From Thermoanaerobaculia bacterium (lineage in GTDB: Bacteria; Acidobacteriota; Thermoanaerobaculia; Multivoradales; Multivoraceae), in assembly GCA_963664405.1 (NCBI GenBank), contig OY761158.1:3264001-3328000 (forward strand): a stretch of DNA of 64,000 nt, written 5' to 3'. Positions 41,246 through 50,760 of the stretch are shown here, piece after piece; positions within the stretch are counted from its first letter, which is position 1, and each line of letters begins with the position of its first letter. The translations under genes were made by a program, and so were the position numbers. The notes under the pieces were generated by a model. It ran no database searches, was not told where the DNA came from, and worked only from the letters and a program-made list of their open reading frames with translations.

Positions 41246-43250
41246 GGGTCGGCGCGGAAATAAGTTTCCAGTATCTGGGGTGACCATACCACTGCCCCCT
41301 TCTTCAGCCACCGCATAATCCTCCGGTACGCGCCTTGTTTGCAAGGTTTAGAGCTAGCATAGCCCTGCCCGCATTTGGTATAGTTTCCCCTGTCACCTCT
41401 TTTGGAAGGGGAACTATACCAAATGGTACGAGCCGAAGATCGTGATGCAACAGTGCGCGAGCTCTTGATGAGCGAACAGATGGCCACCATGGATGAGCTC
41501 AAGGACGCCATGGGAACCCGAGCCACCATGACGGTCTACCGTTCGCTGTCTCGATTGGGCTATTTGGCCAGCTACTCGGATCGAGGGCGGTTCTATACCT
41601 TGAACGAGATTCCCGATTTCGACGATCTGGGTTTGTGGTCGTGCGGTTCGGCGAGGTTCAGTCGGCATGGCAGCCTCCTCGAAACTGCGGTGGCTGCCGT
41701 GGACCGGTCCGCTGCCGGCTATACGGCTTCTGAACTCGAGCTCCTGCTGCAGGTCGAGGTCAAGCACGCGATGTTGCACCTCGTTCGTCGCAAGAGAATC
41801 GTACGATCCAGAGTTGGGAAGAGGTTCGTATACTTGTGCTCGGAAACAGGGCGCCGTCGTCAGCAGAAGCTGATGCGCAACGAACGGCAGGCTCTCCAGG
41901 ATGTAGCTGCCAGCCTCGTTCCAGAAGTGCTCCCCGAGGAGCTCAGGGCTGCCATCGTTTTATTCTTCAGCCTGCTAGACGAACGCCAGCGGCGGCTCTT
42001 CGCTGGCCTGGAAGCGACCAAGCTCGGGCATGGCGGCGACCGGAAGATCGCCGATCTTCTGGACCTGGACCCTCATACAGTCGCAAAAGGACGTCGCGAG
42101 CTCTTCGGCGGCTCCGTGGAGCGCGGAAGAGTTCGAAGAGCAGGCGGTGGCAACCAACGAGTGGAAAAAAAACGCCCGAGATAGTCGATGGAATCCATTC
42201 CATACTCGAGGCCGATATAGCTGGTGATCCCATGTCATCAAGAAGATGGACGCACGAGACCGCTGCAAGGGTGGCCCAATGCCTTGCCGAACGCCTTGAC
42301 ATCATCGTATCGGCTACGGTGGTGCGTCGATTGCTCGCAGACCTGAACTATTCCCTCAAGAGCAATAGGAAATGTCTGTCTTCGGGGAACTCCCCAGATC
42401 GTGATGCACAGTTCAAGGCCATCAAGCAACTGCGCGAGGATTTCACAAGCGCTGGCGACCCGATCATCAGCGTCGATACGAAGAAGAAGGAGCTGATCGG
42501 TCGGTTCAAGAACCAGGGACAGACATGGTGCCGCGAGGCCAAGCGGGTCAAGGATCACGACTTCCGGTCCGAAGCTCTCGCCATCGCCTCCCCCTATGGG
42601 ATCTACGATCTTCAGAGGAACTTCGGCGTTCTCGTCGTCGGACAGTCGTCGGACACGCCGGAGTTCGCCGTCAACAGCATCGCGACCTGGTGGCTCAACT
42701 ACGGTCGATCTCAGTATCCGGCGGCTCAGCGTCTCCTCATTCTTGCTGACAGCGGCGCAAGCAACGGCGCACGGCTTCGAGCCTGGAAGAAGTACCTCCA
42801 GGAGAAGCTCTCAGACAAGTGCGGCCTCATCATCACCGTAGCCCACTATCCAACCGGCACCAGTAAATGGAATCCCATCGAGCACAGGATGTTCAGCGAG
42901 ATCAGCAAGAACTGGGCCGGAGTTCCTCTCGAGAGTTTCGAGATCCTGGTCAATCTCGTCCGCAACACGACGACATCCACCGGACTGCGCGTCGAGCCGT
43001 GCCGTGATCAACGCCAATACGAGAAAGGGGTCAGGGTATCGGACAAGGAAATGCTGCAGCTCGCGGTGGCCAGGAGCGACTTCCTAGGAAAGTGGAACTA
43101 CACGCTCTCGCCGAGACCGCGAACCGAGCAGCAAGAGCTTGCCCCACAGCCTGGGCTCAGCTCACCACCACCTCCAATGCAGCGACCGCCCTGTGGCGCC
43201 TCGGCCTCACACGCTCCGGCGATAATGTGAAGTTATTTCCGCGCCGACCC
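41246..43250 (+). mobile_element. ISAzo13-family insertion sequence, 2005 bp, TAA target duplication
   Basis: Inverted ends GGGTCGGCGCGGAAATAA / TTATTTCCGCGCCGACCC; TAA at 41243-45 and 43251-53. Confidence 0.92.
41423..43230 (+). CDS. ISAzo13-family transposase in two ORFs joined by a probable -1 frameshift
   Basis: LDERQRRLFAG in ORF1; GAA AAA AAA C slip site at about 42164-42173; ORF2 has ISVDTKKKELIG, DHDF, ADSG.SN, GTSKWNPIEHR. Confidence 0.9.
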
Positions 43251-43295
43251 TAAGCAGCGTCGCGAGGGCCGCCGGCGCGCGGAAGCTTCGCGTGG

Positions 43296-44201
43296 TCAAT
43301 TGCCCTTGCGCTTGAATAGGTCCTTCAAGCGTGGCCGGCGGCCGCTATCCTTCTTCTTGGCATCCCCGCTCTGCTGTCCCTCGATTTGGGAGAGGTCCGG
43401 TACCACCTGGGTCTCGGTATAGTCCGCCGGGAACTCGAAGGTCGACGGGGGAACCGACTCCTCGCGCAAGGTCGTCACTTCGGTGGTCGACACCGAGGTC
43501 GTGACCCGGCCCTTCTTATCGGTCGTTTTGGTGGTCACGACGGTTTTCAGGGGCACTCCGTCTACCTGGCCGAAGGTGGTTTCCATGATCTCGTCGAGAC
43601 CCTCGAACATCCCAGTCAGACGTTTGTCCGGCCGCAGCCATACCGAGAAGGCGCGGGTGTCGAAGCCGTCGGCAAGCCACATATCTTGGATCATTTCGAC
43701 AATCTGCATCCGCTTGATGCCCATGACCGCCATCTTCATCGTGTAGCCGGTACGAAAACGAAGGTGTTTGGTGCTGCGGCCCAGGATCGATCCACCCGGC
43801 TCCTCGAGGAGCTGCTCCGAGGAGAGATTGGTGAACTCGATCTTGAACAGCCCTCCCATGCCCTCCATCGCCTGGCCCAGAGTGTCCATCATCTGGCCGA
43901 GGTTGAACTCTGCCCAGGTCTTGTCTTTGGTGTTGACCAGGTACATGAGCTCGCCCGCGTCTTTAGTCACAATGTAGGAGCCCGGCCCGAAGAGACCGTC
44001 GCCATTTCCTTGTTCCATCTGAATCTTGGTGGCGTCACCTTCCACCCACACGAACACGGTCATCCGATCGTCCCGACGCTTGCCCTGGGCGTCGGTAGTT
44101 GTAACCGCTTCGTAGTAATACCCGGCTCTCGCCGCCGTGCTCACGAACACGAGCGCGGTCACGATCATCGCCAAGGCGGCTCGATATCCCTTCATTTTCA
44201 T
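43296..44201 (-). CDS. Secreted DUF4412-like protein
   Basis: Signal peptide, beta-rich body, C-terminal VPPSTFEFPADY motif. Confidence 0.65.
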   Translation of the reverse strand: MKMKGYRAALAMIVTALVFVSTAARAGYYYEAVTTTDAQGKRRDDRMTVFVWVEGDATKIQMEQGNGDGLFGPGSYIVTKDAGELMYLVNTKDKTWAEFNLGQMMDTLGQAMEGMGGLFKIEFTNLSSEQLLEEPGGSILGRSTKHLRFRTGYTMKMAVMGIKRMQIVEMIQDMWLADGFDTRAFSVWLRPDKRLTGMFEGLDEIMETTFGQVDGVPLKTVVTTKTTDKKGRVTTSVSTTEVTTLREESVPPSTFEFPADYTETQVVPDLSQIEGQQSGDAKKKDSGRRPRLKDLFKRKGN

Positions 44202-44415
44202 CTCGTTCTCTCCGGAGTCATCTCATCACCGCGAGCTCAGAAAGAGACCGGTGCTCGGGGAATCGTAACGTCATTACACTTTCGGACCAAGTGTCGGAAG
44301 GAGCCTCTCGCCCTTCCCTGGAGCGATGCTCGACCCCCGAGTCAAGCCCTGCAAGGAGGGCATGCTTTCAACTAGACTCGGTCGTCTCTTAGCTCAGAGG
44401 CGCCAGGGAACCCGA

Positions 44416-45084
44416 ATGAGAAACAAGGCAGCGCTTCATATGAAATGGGTGCGAAGGGTCTGTCCCGTCTGGTCGCTCTTTTTTCGAGCCTTCTTTGGAG
44501 CACGAGTGCGGGCTATGAGAAACCTCCCGAGCTCGGGTGCCTTCATCCTGGCGCCCAACCATCAGAGCTTCTTCGACGGACAGCTCTTGGGATGTCCACT
44601 GGATCGTCCCATCTTCTTCATGGTCTCGGCCCCGTATTTCAAAATCCCTGTCATCGGCTCTTTCTTGAATGCTGTCGGTTGTATTCCCATAGGTGGCGGG
44701 GGAGGGCAGGAGGCTTATCGAGCCGGCCTAGAGGTGCTCGAGGAAGGGTATTGCCTCGCGGTCTTTCCCGAGGGGCACAGGAGTAGAGACGGGAGCTTGC
44801 TCAATCTGCAGTTGGGCGCGGCAAGAATGGCCCACCTCACCGGGACACCGATCGTACCGGTGAGTGTCGTAGGCGCGTTCGAGGCTTGGCCCAGGAACCG
44901 CATGCTGCCACGACCCTTCCGACCCATCACCGTCAAGTACCACCGGCCGATTCCTTGTCCGGTGGTCCCCAAGGACCAACTGAGAGTCGAGAGTCGCAGG
45001 ACCACCGAGAAGCTCGGGCGGGTGTTGCGTCGTCGCCTGGCGGCATGGGAGGTTGTTCGGCGCCGCGTCTCCGGCGGAGGATAG
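44416..45084 (+). CDS. Lysophospholipid acyltransferase (PlsC-like)
   Basis: NHQSFFD, FPEGHRS, PIVPV. Confidence 0.88.
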   Translation: MRNKAALHMKWVRRVCPVWSLFFRAFFGARVRAMRNLPSSGAFILAPNHQSFFDGQLLGCPLDRPIFFMVSAPYFKIPVIGSFLNAVGCIPIGGGGGQEAYRAGLEVLEEGYCLAVFPEGHRSRDGSLLNLQLGAARMAHLTGTPIVPVSVVGAFEAWPRNRMLPRPFRPITVKYHRPIPCPVVPKDQLRVESRRTTEKLGRVLRRRLAAWEVVRRRVSGGG

Positions 45085-45088
45085 TCCT

Positions 45089-46015
45089 ATGCCAATCTGC
45101 CCCTACATTTACTGCCGGTCGCCGCTCGACGAGGATGGTTCCGACTGCGCCGTGTGCGGCCACCCGCAGAGCGAAGCTGAGCTCATGAGCCCGTCTTTTC
45201 TGGCGCAGGCCGATGTCGAGGGTCTGCCGGATTCGATTCTGGACATGCACCAGATCCTGCCGTCTCATAAGGGCATGCTCGAGGTGCAGCTACTGGCGAT
45301 GCAGAAGTTCCGCATCGAGCGGGCCCTTCTCCAATCTGCGCCAGATCAGGCGCACTCACTCTTCGGTAATGCGAGGCTCCTCGAGCTGGTGGAACAGCGG
45401 CCGGAGACCTTTTGGATCTCTCAATTCATCGACCCGCGGATGCCGAACGCGCTGTCGATCCTCGAGGACGTGGCGGCGAAGGGCGCCAAAGTGGTGAAAC
45501 TGCTGCCACCCGCCGGCTTCAGGCTCGACGACCCGGCTCATGATCCTTTCCTCTCCCGCATGGAGGAGATGGGACTCGTGGCCATGGTCCATACCGGTTT
45601 CATCACCGCTCGGCACAAGGACGAGGAAGCCAAGGCGGGCGCCTTTATGAGCTCAGTTTACGCCAACCCTCTGACCCTCGACATGCCGGCACGCAAGTTC
45701 CCACGCCTGACGATCATTCTCTGCCACCTCGGCGGCGCGATCTGGCACGAGGAGGGAGCGCAGATGGTGACGCAGCACGACAACGTGTGGGGGGATGTGA
45801 GCGGTTTCGGGCTATTCGCTCTTCAGCGATTGCTACAGACTCGAGCCGCCGTAGACTGGAGCAAGGTGTTCTGGGGTAATGATTCTGTTCCCTTCGCCTA
45901 CCCTCTCAATCTGCGGCTGCTTCTTGCCAGCCTGCGGCAGGCTGGGGCAGAGGCTCTGTTACCCCCGCTGCTCTTCGAGAACGGTCGCGATTTCGCAGCT
46001 GCATTTCTCCCATGA
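45089..46015 (+). CDS. Amidohydrolase_2-family protein with N-terminal Cys4 segment
   Basis: ILDMHQ, VKLLP, MVHTG, FPRLTIILCHLGG, NVWGDVS, FWGND.P; N-terminal CPYIYC..CAVC. Confidence 0.75.
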   Translation: MPICPYIYCRSPLDEDGSDCAVCGHPQSEAELMSPSFLAQADVEGLPDSILDMHQILPSHKGMLEVQLLAMQKFRIERALLQSAPDQAHSLFGNARLLELVEQRPETFWISQFIDPRMPNALSILEDVAAKGAKVVKLLPPAGFRLDDPAHDPFLSRMEEMGLVAMVHTGFITARHKDEEAKAGAFMSSVYANPLTLDMPARKFPRLTIILCHLGGAIWHEEGAQMVTQHDNVWGDVSGFGLFALQRLLQTRAAVDWSKVFWGNDSVPFAYPLNLRLLLASLRQAGAEALLPPLLFENGRDFAAAFLP

Positions 46016-46617
46016 GCTCGCCCGTCAACCGGCTCCCATTTCTCGTCATCAGGAGGCTATTGAAGCTTCTTTTGGCGCTTCCGGCGCGCGCGAAGTGGGG
46101 TCTCGATGTCGATCATGGAGAGCGACTGCCGCGGACTCGGGAACCGCTGATCCTGGCCTGCAATCATGCAGCTCTCTTGGACACGGTCTTTCTGATCTTG
46201 GCGCTGCGACCTCGGTTTACGGTCTGCGGTGCCAAGCCGAGCTACTTCCGGACCACTGCCAGGCGCTTCCTCATGGCGGTCGCTAATATTCTGCGGGTCG
46301 ACGACAAGGAAGTTTTTCTGGCCGATTGCCGTCGCTTGCTCCTCGCCGGAGAGATTGTCCTGATCTACCCGGAGATGGGGCGCAACCCGGAGGGGCTTGG
46401 CGCGTTCCAGACTTGGGCCGCGGAGGTGTCTCTCGACAACGGCGTTCCTCTTTTGCCTTGCTATCTCCACGGCACCACTCGCGGTCATAGCGGCGGCGTC
46501 CGCTTGAGAGTCGGTGACCGGATCCGGCCGCGAGGCACGGCAGGCGAGCTCACGGCTCGACTGCGCGAGGCGATCAGCGCTCTCGCCCAGCCGGCAGGGG
46601 CCGCCGAAACGCCATGA
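46012..46617 (+). CDS. Second PlsC-like acyltransferase
   Basis: NHAALLD, IYPEMGR, PLLPCYL; ATGA overlap with the upstream gene. Confidence 0.8.
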   Translation: MSSPVNRLPFLVIRRLLKLLLALPARAKWGLDVDHGERLPRTREPLILACNHAALLDTVFLILALRPRFTVCGAKPSYFRTTARRFLMAVANILRVDDKEVFLADCRRLLLAGEIVLIYPEMGRNPEGLGAFQTWAAEVSLDNGVPLLPCYLHGTTRGHSGGVRLRVGDRIRPRGTAGELTARLREAISALAQPAGAAETP

Positions 46618-47597
46618 TCCTGGTGACCGGCGCCAATGGCTTTCTCGGACCCCACGTGGTCGAGAGTTTGACCGAAGCGTCTCCGGGGAACGGTGTACGC
46701 GCTGTGCTGCGGAACGCTGACGAGCGATTCAGCTCGCGTTTCCCAGATGTCGAGGTCAAGGAGGGAGATCTTCGCGACGAATCGCTCGTGGCCGATGCCG
46801 TGGCGGGAGTGACGGCCGTCGTTCACTTGGCGTCCAAGAACATCGATCGCGACGGTTCGGGTTTCGACGTCAACGTGGAGAGCACCGAGAAATTGTGCCG
46901 CGCGGCGCAGGCCGCGGGAGTGCGACGCCTCATCTACACCAGTTCGGTCGGTGTCTACGGCCACGGGGCCCATCGCGGTGCCGACGAGACGACTCCAGTG
47001 CGACCCGACACGGCTCTCAGCATCTCGAAGGCGGCAGCAGAGGCCATCGTGCTCGAACATCACCGTACGGGCGCCTTCCGTGCCACGGTCCTGCGCCCCC
47101 GATTCGTCTATGGCGCAGGAGACACCTCCCTACTGCCGCGACTGATCGGAGCCGCCCGCAAGTACCCGTTTTTGATCTCCGGCGGCAGGGCTCGCATCTC
47201 GTTGGTGCTCGCCGACGATCTTGCGCAGGTCATCCTGCGCTTCGCCACCGACGAGACCGAAGTCTCGGGCGCCGGAGACCCGGTACTCCACGTCACCTCG
47301 GGCGAGACGCTTTCCTATCGCGAGCTCGTCTCCACTCTCTGCGCGGCGTTCGGCTATCGGTCGCCACGCTTCAGCCTGCCGATCTGGCTGGTATTGGCGC
47401 CGCTTCTTCTACGCGAGAGACTTCTTGGTCAGGACCCCGAGACTGTACGGGGTATCTCCTCCCTGCGCGTTAGAATGATTGCGCAGGACAACGAGTTCTC
47501 CAATCACAAGCTTCTCCAGCGCTTTCCGGATCTGAGCTTCACCTCGTTTGCGGAAGGCTTCGAGAGCTCTCTCGACTATTACCAGCGCTTCGCGTGA
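46614..47597 (+). CDS. NAD-dependent epimerase/dehydratase (extended SDR); catalytic Tyr apparently replaced (LSISK)
   Basis: ILVTGANGFLG, VVHLAS, YTSSVGVYG, LSISKAAAE, LRPRFVYG. Confidence 0.85.
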   Translation: MILVTGANGFLGPHVVESLTEASPGNGVRAVLRNADERFSSRFPDVEVKEGDLRDESLVADAVAGVTAVVHLASKNIDRDGSGFDVNVESTEKLCRAAQAAGVRRLIYTSSVGVYGHGAHRGADETTPVRPDTALSISKAAAEAIVLEHHRTGAFRATVLRPRFVYGAGDTSLLPRLIGAARKYPFLISGGRARISLVLADDLAQVILRFATDETEVSGAGDPVLHVTSGETLSYRELVSTLCAAFGYRSPRFSLPIWLVLAPLLLRERLLGQDPETVRGISSLRVRMIAQDNEFSNHKLLQRFPDLSFTSFAEGFESSLDYYQRFA

Positions 47598-47601
47598 GCG
47601 G

Positions 47602-48252
47602 ATGAAGGTTTCGATCAAGAGCCTTCTCAAGGGGGCTCGGGAAGCACGTGGTCACGTTGCGCTCATCGACGTGTTCACGTCGACCACCCTGATCGCGACC
47701 TTGCTGGACCGGGGTGCGACAGAGGTCGTCCCGGTGCGCTCCGTGCGTGAGGCCATGGCGATCCGGGCCGGCCGTCCCGACACGATTCTGATGGGAGAGA
47801 GATGGGGCAAGAAGATCCCGAGCTTCGATCACAACACTTCCTGCGTACGCGCCAGTACGCTCGACGTCGCCGATCGGCAGGTGGTGGTGTCGACCACGAA
47901 TGGAACCCTGGGAATCCTCAGTGTGGAGAAGGCCGACCGCCTCTTTCTTGGCTGTTTCCGCAACGCAGCGGCGCTGGCCCAGCGATTGGCGGAAGCTGAT
48001 GAAGTGACCCTGGTGCCGATAGGGCTTGCCCACGGGAGGATCAGGGCTATCGAAGACGAGCTCTGTGCCGAGGCGGTGAGACGCTACCTTCTGGGTGAGG
48101 ATGTCGGGTTCGCGGCTCTTGAGCAACGCATTCGTCGAGACCTCTCGAGCCGAGTGAGAAACGTGAGCCGCCGTTCCGATGTCGATTACTGCCTCGAGCT
48201 CAACGCTGTCGATATCGTGCCTGAGCTCCGCGGCAAGATCATCAGAGCCTAG
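47602..48252 (+). CDS. 2-phosphosulfolactate phosphatase (ComB)-family acid phosphatase
   Basis: LIDVF, GER.G, STTNGT, GCFRNA, EDELCA, DVDYC. Confidence 0.8.
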   Translation: MKVSIKSLLKGAREARGHVALIDVFTSTTLIATLLDRGATEVVPVRSVREAMAIRAGRPDTILMGERWGKKIPSFDHNTSCVRASTLDVADRQVVVSTTNGTLGILSVEKADRLFLGCFRNAAALAQRLAEADEVTLVPIGLAHGRIRAIEDELCAEAVRRYLLGEDVGFAALEQRIRRDLSSRVRNVSRRSDVDYCLELNAVDIVPELRGKIIRA

Positions 48253-49806
48253 GAGTCTGCGCGGCAGGAGTGCGGGTACGGTGAAGCTTCGATCGCGCTG
48301 CAGAATGGACGCCGCATTGGGTTTCGGATGGCGGAGAGTGCGTTGAGCAAGCCTGACGAGGCGTCAGGAAGCGCGATGCGGGTCGTATAGTGAGCTCTAA
48401 CTCGGTGGCATGGCCCGGAGCGGCTCATGAAGCCGCTTGGAGGACGTGGAAGCGCTTCAAGTTGACGGCCAGACACACCAGATCCCACTCGTGGCCGACG
48501 TTGTCTTGGCCCCGGAGGCTGAATCGTCGGAAGCCCAAGACCTCTTTGATCCAACCGATCACCGGTTCCACGACCGCCTTGCGCCGTCGGTAGCGTTGCT
48601 TGCCGGCGTCGCTGGCGAGTTTGTTCTGCATGCGGCGAGACGCTGCGAGCCTCTTGGTCACCTCACGCTTCTTTCCCTCTCGACCCAAGGAGATGTGAGC
48701 TTCAATGCCTCGTTTCTCGAGCTCGAGAAACGTCGCCTCGCTGCGATACCCCGCATCCGCCAAGACCTGCTCGGGATCCTCCCCCATCGCCGCCTTCGCC
48801 CGCGACAGCAACGGCATCATCTCGCCCACGTCCGCGGCGTTGTTCGTCAGGCTCGTCGAGACGATCATCTGCGACTCTTCCTCCACCGCCAACTGGCCGT
48901 TGTAGCACTGATCGTAGCCATGGACCGTTTTCATGATCCGACTCTGCGGATCGGTGAAGTTGTCCTGGGCCCGGTCCTCCGGTACACCAAAATCGCGCGC
49001 GAAGGGCCGCCCGCGACGAGGCGGGTCGTCGTCGTCAACCTCCTTACGGCCGCGCTCTCGGTCCTTTTCGGCCTGGCGCGCCTCGAGCCTCTCCTTCGCC
49101 TGCTGGATCTTCGCCAAGCGCTGCTCGCGCCGCTGCAGCTCGGCCGGCAGCTCATCGCCGCGCACCTGCGCACCATGCTCCACATCCTCTGCCGTATCCA
49201 CCGCCTCGGCCTGCGACAGGAGCTCGGCGATCTCCTCTTGCAGACGCTTCTCCTCCTCCAGCATCCGAGCGTAGCTCATCGACTTGCGCTTGCTCGCGTT
49301 GGCCTTGACCTTCGTACCGTCCACCACCAACGTCCCCATACGCAGCACCCCGGCCTCACGAGCGATCTGCACCACCTGCACGAACAGCGCCCGGAATGCC
49401 GCTAAATGAAGCTGACGAAACTCACATATCGTGCGATGCGCCGGGGAGTTGCCCGCCGCCAGATAACGATACGCCACGTCCTCCTCGAGCTTGCGCGCGA
49501 TGCCGCGCGACGAATACGTCCCCGTCCCATACGCATACAACATCACCTTCACCATCATCCGAGGATCGAACGGCTGATTCCGACGACCATCCCCCTCGTA
49601 ACGAGCGTAAAACGACGACAGATCCAGCGCCTCCACCGTCTCGGAGATGAAGTACACCAAGTGGCCCTCCGGCAACCAGTCACGAGGGCTCGGGGCTAGC
49701 AGATACAGCTGATCCGGAGCATACGGACGAAACGACGTTGGCATGCCACAACTCTACTCCGTCTTCGATCTCTTCACTAAACACTCCGTTTCTGCCGCGC
49801 AGACTC
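48253..49806 (-). mobile_element. IS1182-family insertion sequence with CTAG target duplication
   Basis: Inverted ends GAGTCTGCGCGGCAG / CTGCCGCGCAGACTC; CTAG at 48249-52 and 49807-10. Confidence 0.92.
48425..49744 (-). CDS. IS1182-family DDE transposase
   Basis: DWLPEGHL, DPRMM, SSRGI, VDGTKVKANAS, TDPQSRIM, LADAGY, VEPVIGWIK, RFSLRG. Confidence 0.93.
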   Translation of the reverse strand: MPTSFRPYAPDQLYLLAPSPRDWLPEGHLVYFISETVEALDLSSFYARYEGDGRRNQPFDPRMMVKVMLYAYGTGTYSSRGIARKLEEDVAYRYLAAGNSPAHRTICEFRQLHLAAFRALFVQVVQIAREAGVLRMGTLVVDGTKVKANASKRKSMSYARMLEEEKRLQEEIAELLSQAEAVDTAEDVEHGAQVRGDELPAELQRREQRLAKIQQAKERLEARQAEKDRERGRKEVDDDDPPRRGRPFARDFGVPEDRAQDNFTDPQSRIMKTVHGYDQCYNGQLAVEEESQMIVSTSLTNNAADVGEMMPLLSRAKAAMGEDPEQVLADAGYRSEATFLELEKRGIEAHISLGREGKKREVTKRLAASRRMQNKLASDAGKQRYRRRKAVVEPVIGWIKEVLGFRRFSLRGQDNVGHEWDLVCLAVNLKRFHVLQAAS

Positions 49807-49829
49807 CTAGCCAGAAGAAATGATGAGTA

Positions 49830-50744
49830 TCATTTCCTCTGGCTAGTTGCCTTTGGCGCCGAGGACGGCGCACTCAGTTCTTGCTTCTTATTCGCTTCGG
49901 GCAGCGTCTGCGCCTCGGGCGCCGCTTGTGGGGGTGTCTTTTCTTCGCTGCTCCAGCCCAGGCCGGCTCCGTCGGGAAGGAAAAAGTCGCGCACGTCATG
50001 CTCAGAGATGTGGTCGCTCACCAGGTTGAGGAGCCCCTCGAAAGTGAGATGCACTCCGCGTTTGGCAACCATCCTCTGACCCAATCCGATGAAGCCGCCC
50101 GGCTCGGTGTGGGTGAAGTACTCGACCGCGGTGCAATCTTCGCTCAGGGGAATCATCAGCCAGGAGCCCCGGCTCGACTTGAGCGCCGGCATCTTCTTCG
50201 CCACGTCCGCGATCGGAGGGTTCTCCGTGTCGGCACTGTCGATCTCGTCAGTCCAGGTCAGCTCCCACAGGTTGCCGTCGGATTGTCGATATAGATCCGC
50301 GCTCATCCGGATCCGGCTCAACCACCAGCGACCGATGCCCCATCGTTGGAAGGTCTGGAAGAGAAGGCGCTCACTACCACGGGGGTCCCCACCAATGACT
50401 TCGGAGTGCTTGACCGGTATGTAGTCGCCCTCCAGATCGTGATGATCCTCGTCATTGACCGCTTTCCAGAGCTTCTCTATAGGTAGCTCGACGATGAGGA
50501 CACCAAACCCCTTCAGTCCGGAGCGGCTGACAAAAACCTCGCCGACGCGATCGACGGCTGACTGATAAAGCTCGGTGGGTACAGCGTTTTCGAAGCTCTT
50601 CGTACGTGAAGCCCGCTCCAGCTGGAGGTCGTCGAGTGTTTCGAGAAGCTGATCCGGAGAGGGGCAGGCTGCCATTGTCGGGCTCACCATTGAGCTGAGC
50701 GCTACGAGAACGGCGCCGAGGGTACCGATGCCTCTTATTGACAT
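49830..50744 (-). CDS. Secreted START/SRPBCC-like (putative lipid-binding) protein
   Basis: Signal peptide; RGSWLMIP and VEYFTHTEPGG resemble the START C-terminal motif. Confidence 0.55.
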   Translation of the reverse strand: MSIRGIGTLGAVLVALSSMVSPTMAACPSPDQLLETLDDLQLERASRTKSFENAVPTELYQSAVDRVGEVFVSRSGLKGFGVLIVELPIEKLWKAVNDEDHHDLEGDYIPVKHSEVIGGDPRGSERLLFQTFQRWGIGRWWLSRIRMSADLYRQSDGNLWELTWTDEIDSADTENPPIADVAKKMPALKSSRGSWLMIPLSEDCTAVEYFTHTEPGGFIGLGQRMVAKRGVHLTFEGLLNLVSDHISEHDVRDFFLPDGAGLGWSSEEKTPPQAAPEAQTLPEANKKQELSAPSSAPKATSQRK

Positions 50745-50760
50745 CACCTCCACGCCACCT

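Larger units (their letters stand above)
39255..43299 (-). pseudogene. PQQ-dependent (glucose/quinate-type) dehydrogenase interrupted in its signal peptide by an IS
   Basis: WPSHGGD, ATPL, RGVARW, WHFQMVHHGLWDYD, GGANW, TPMTY. Removing 41246..43253 restores MTTRSFRAPAALATLLSATSVGAQ.. from TTG at 43299. Confidence 0.88.

Noticed and set aside
48253-49806. IS1182 as the transposase source for the MITEs
   Set aside because: It shares the CTAG target, but its termini match none of the three MITE arm types.
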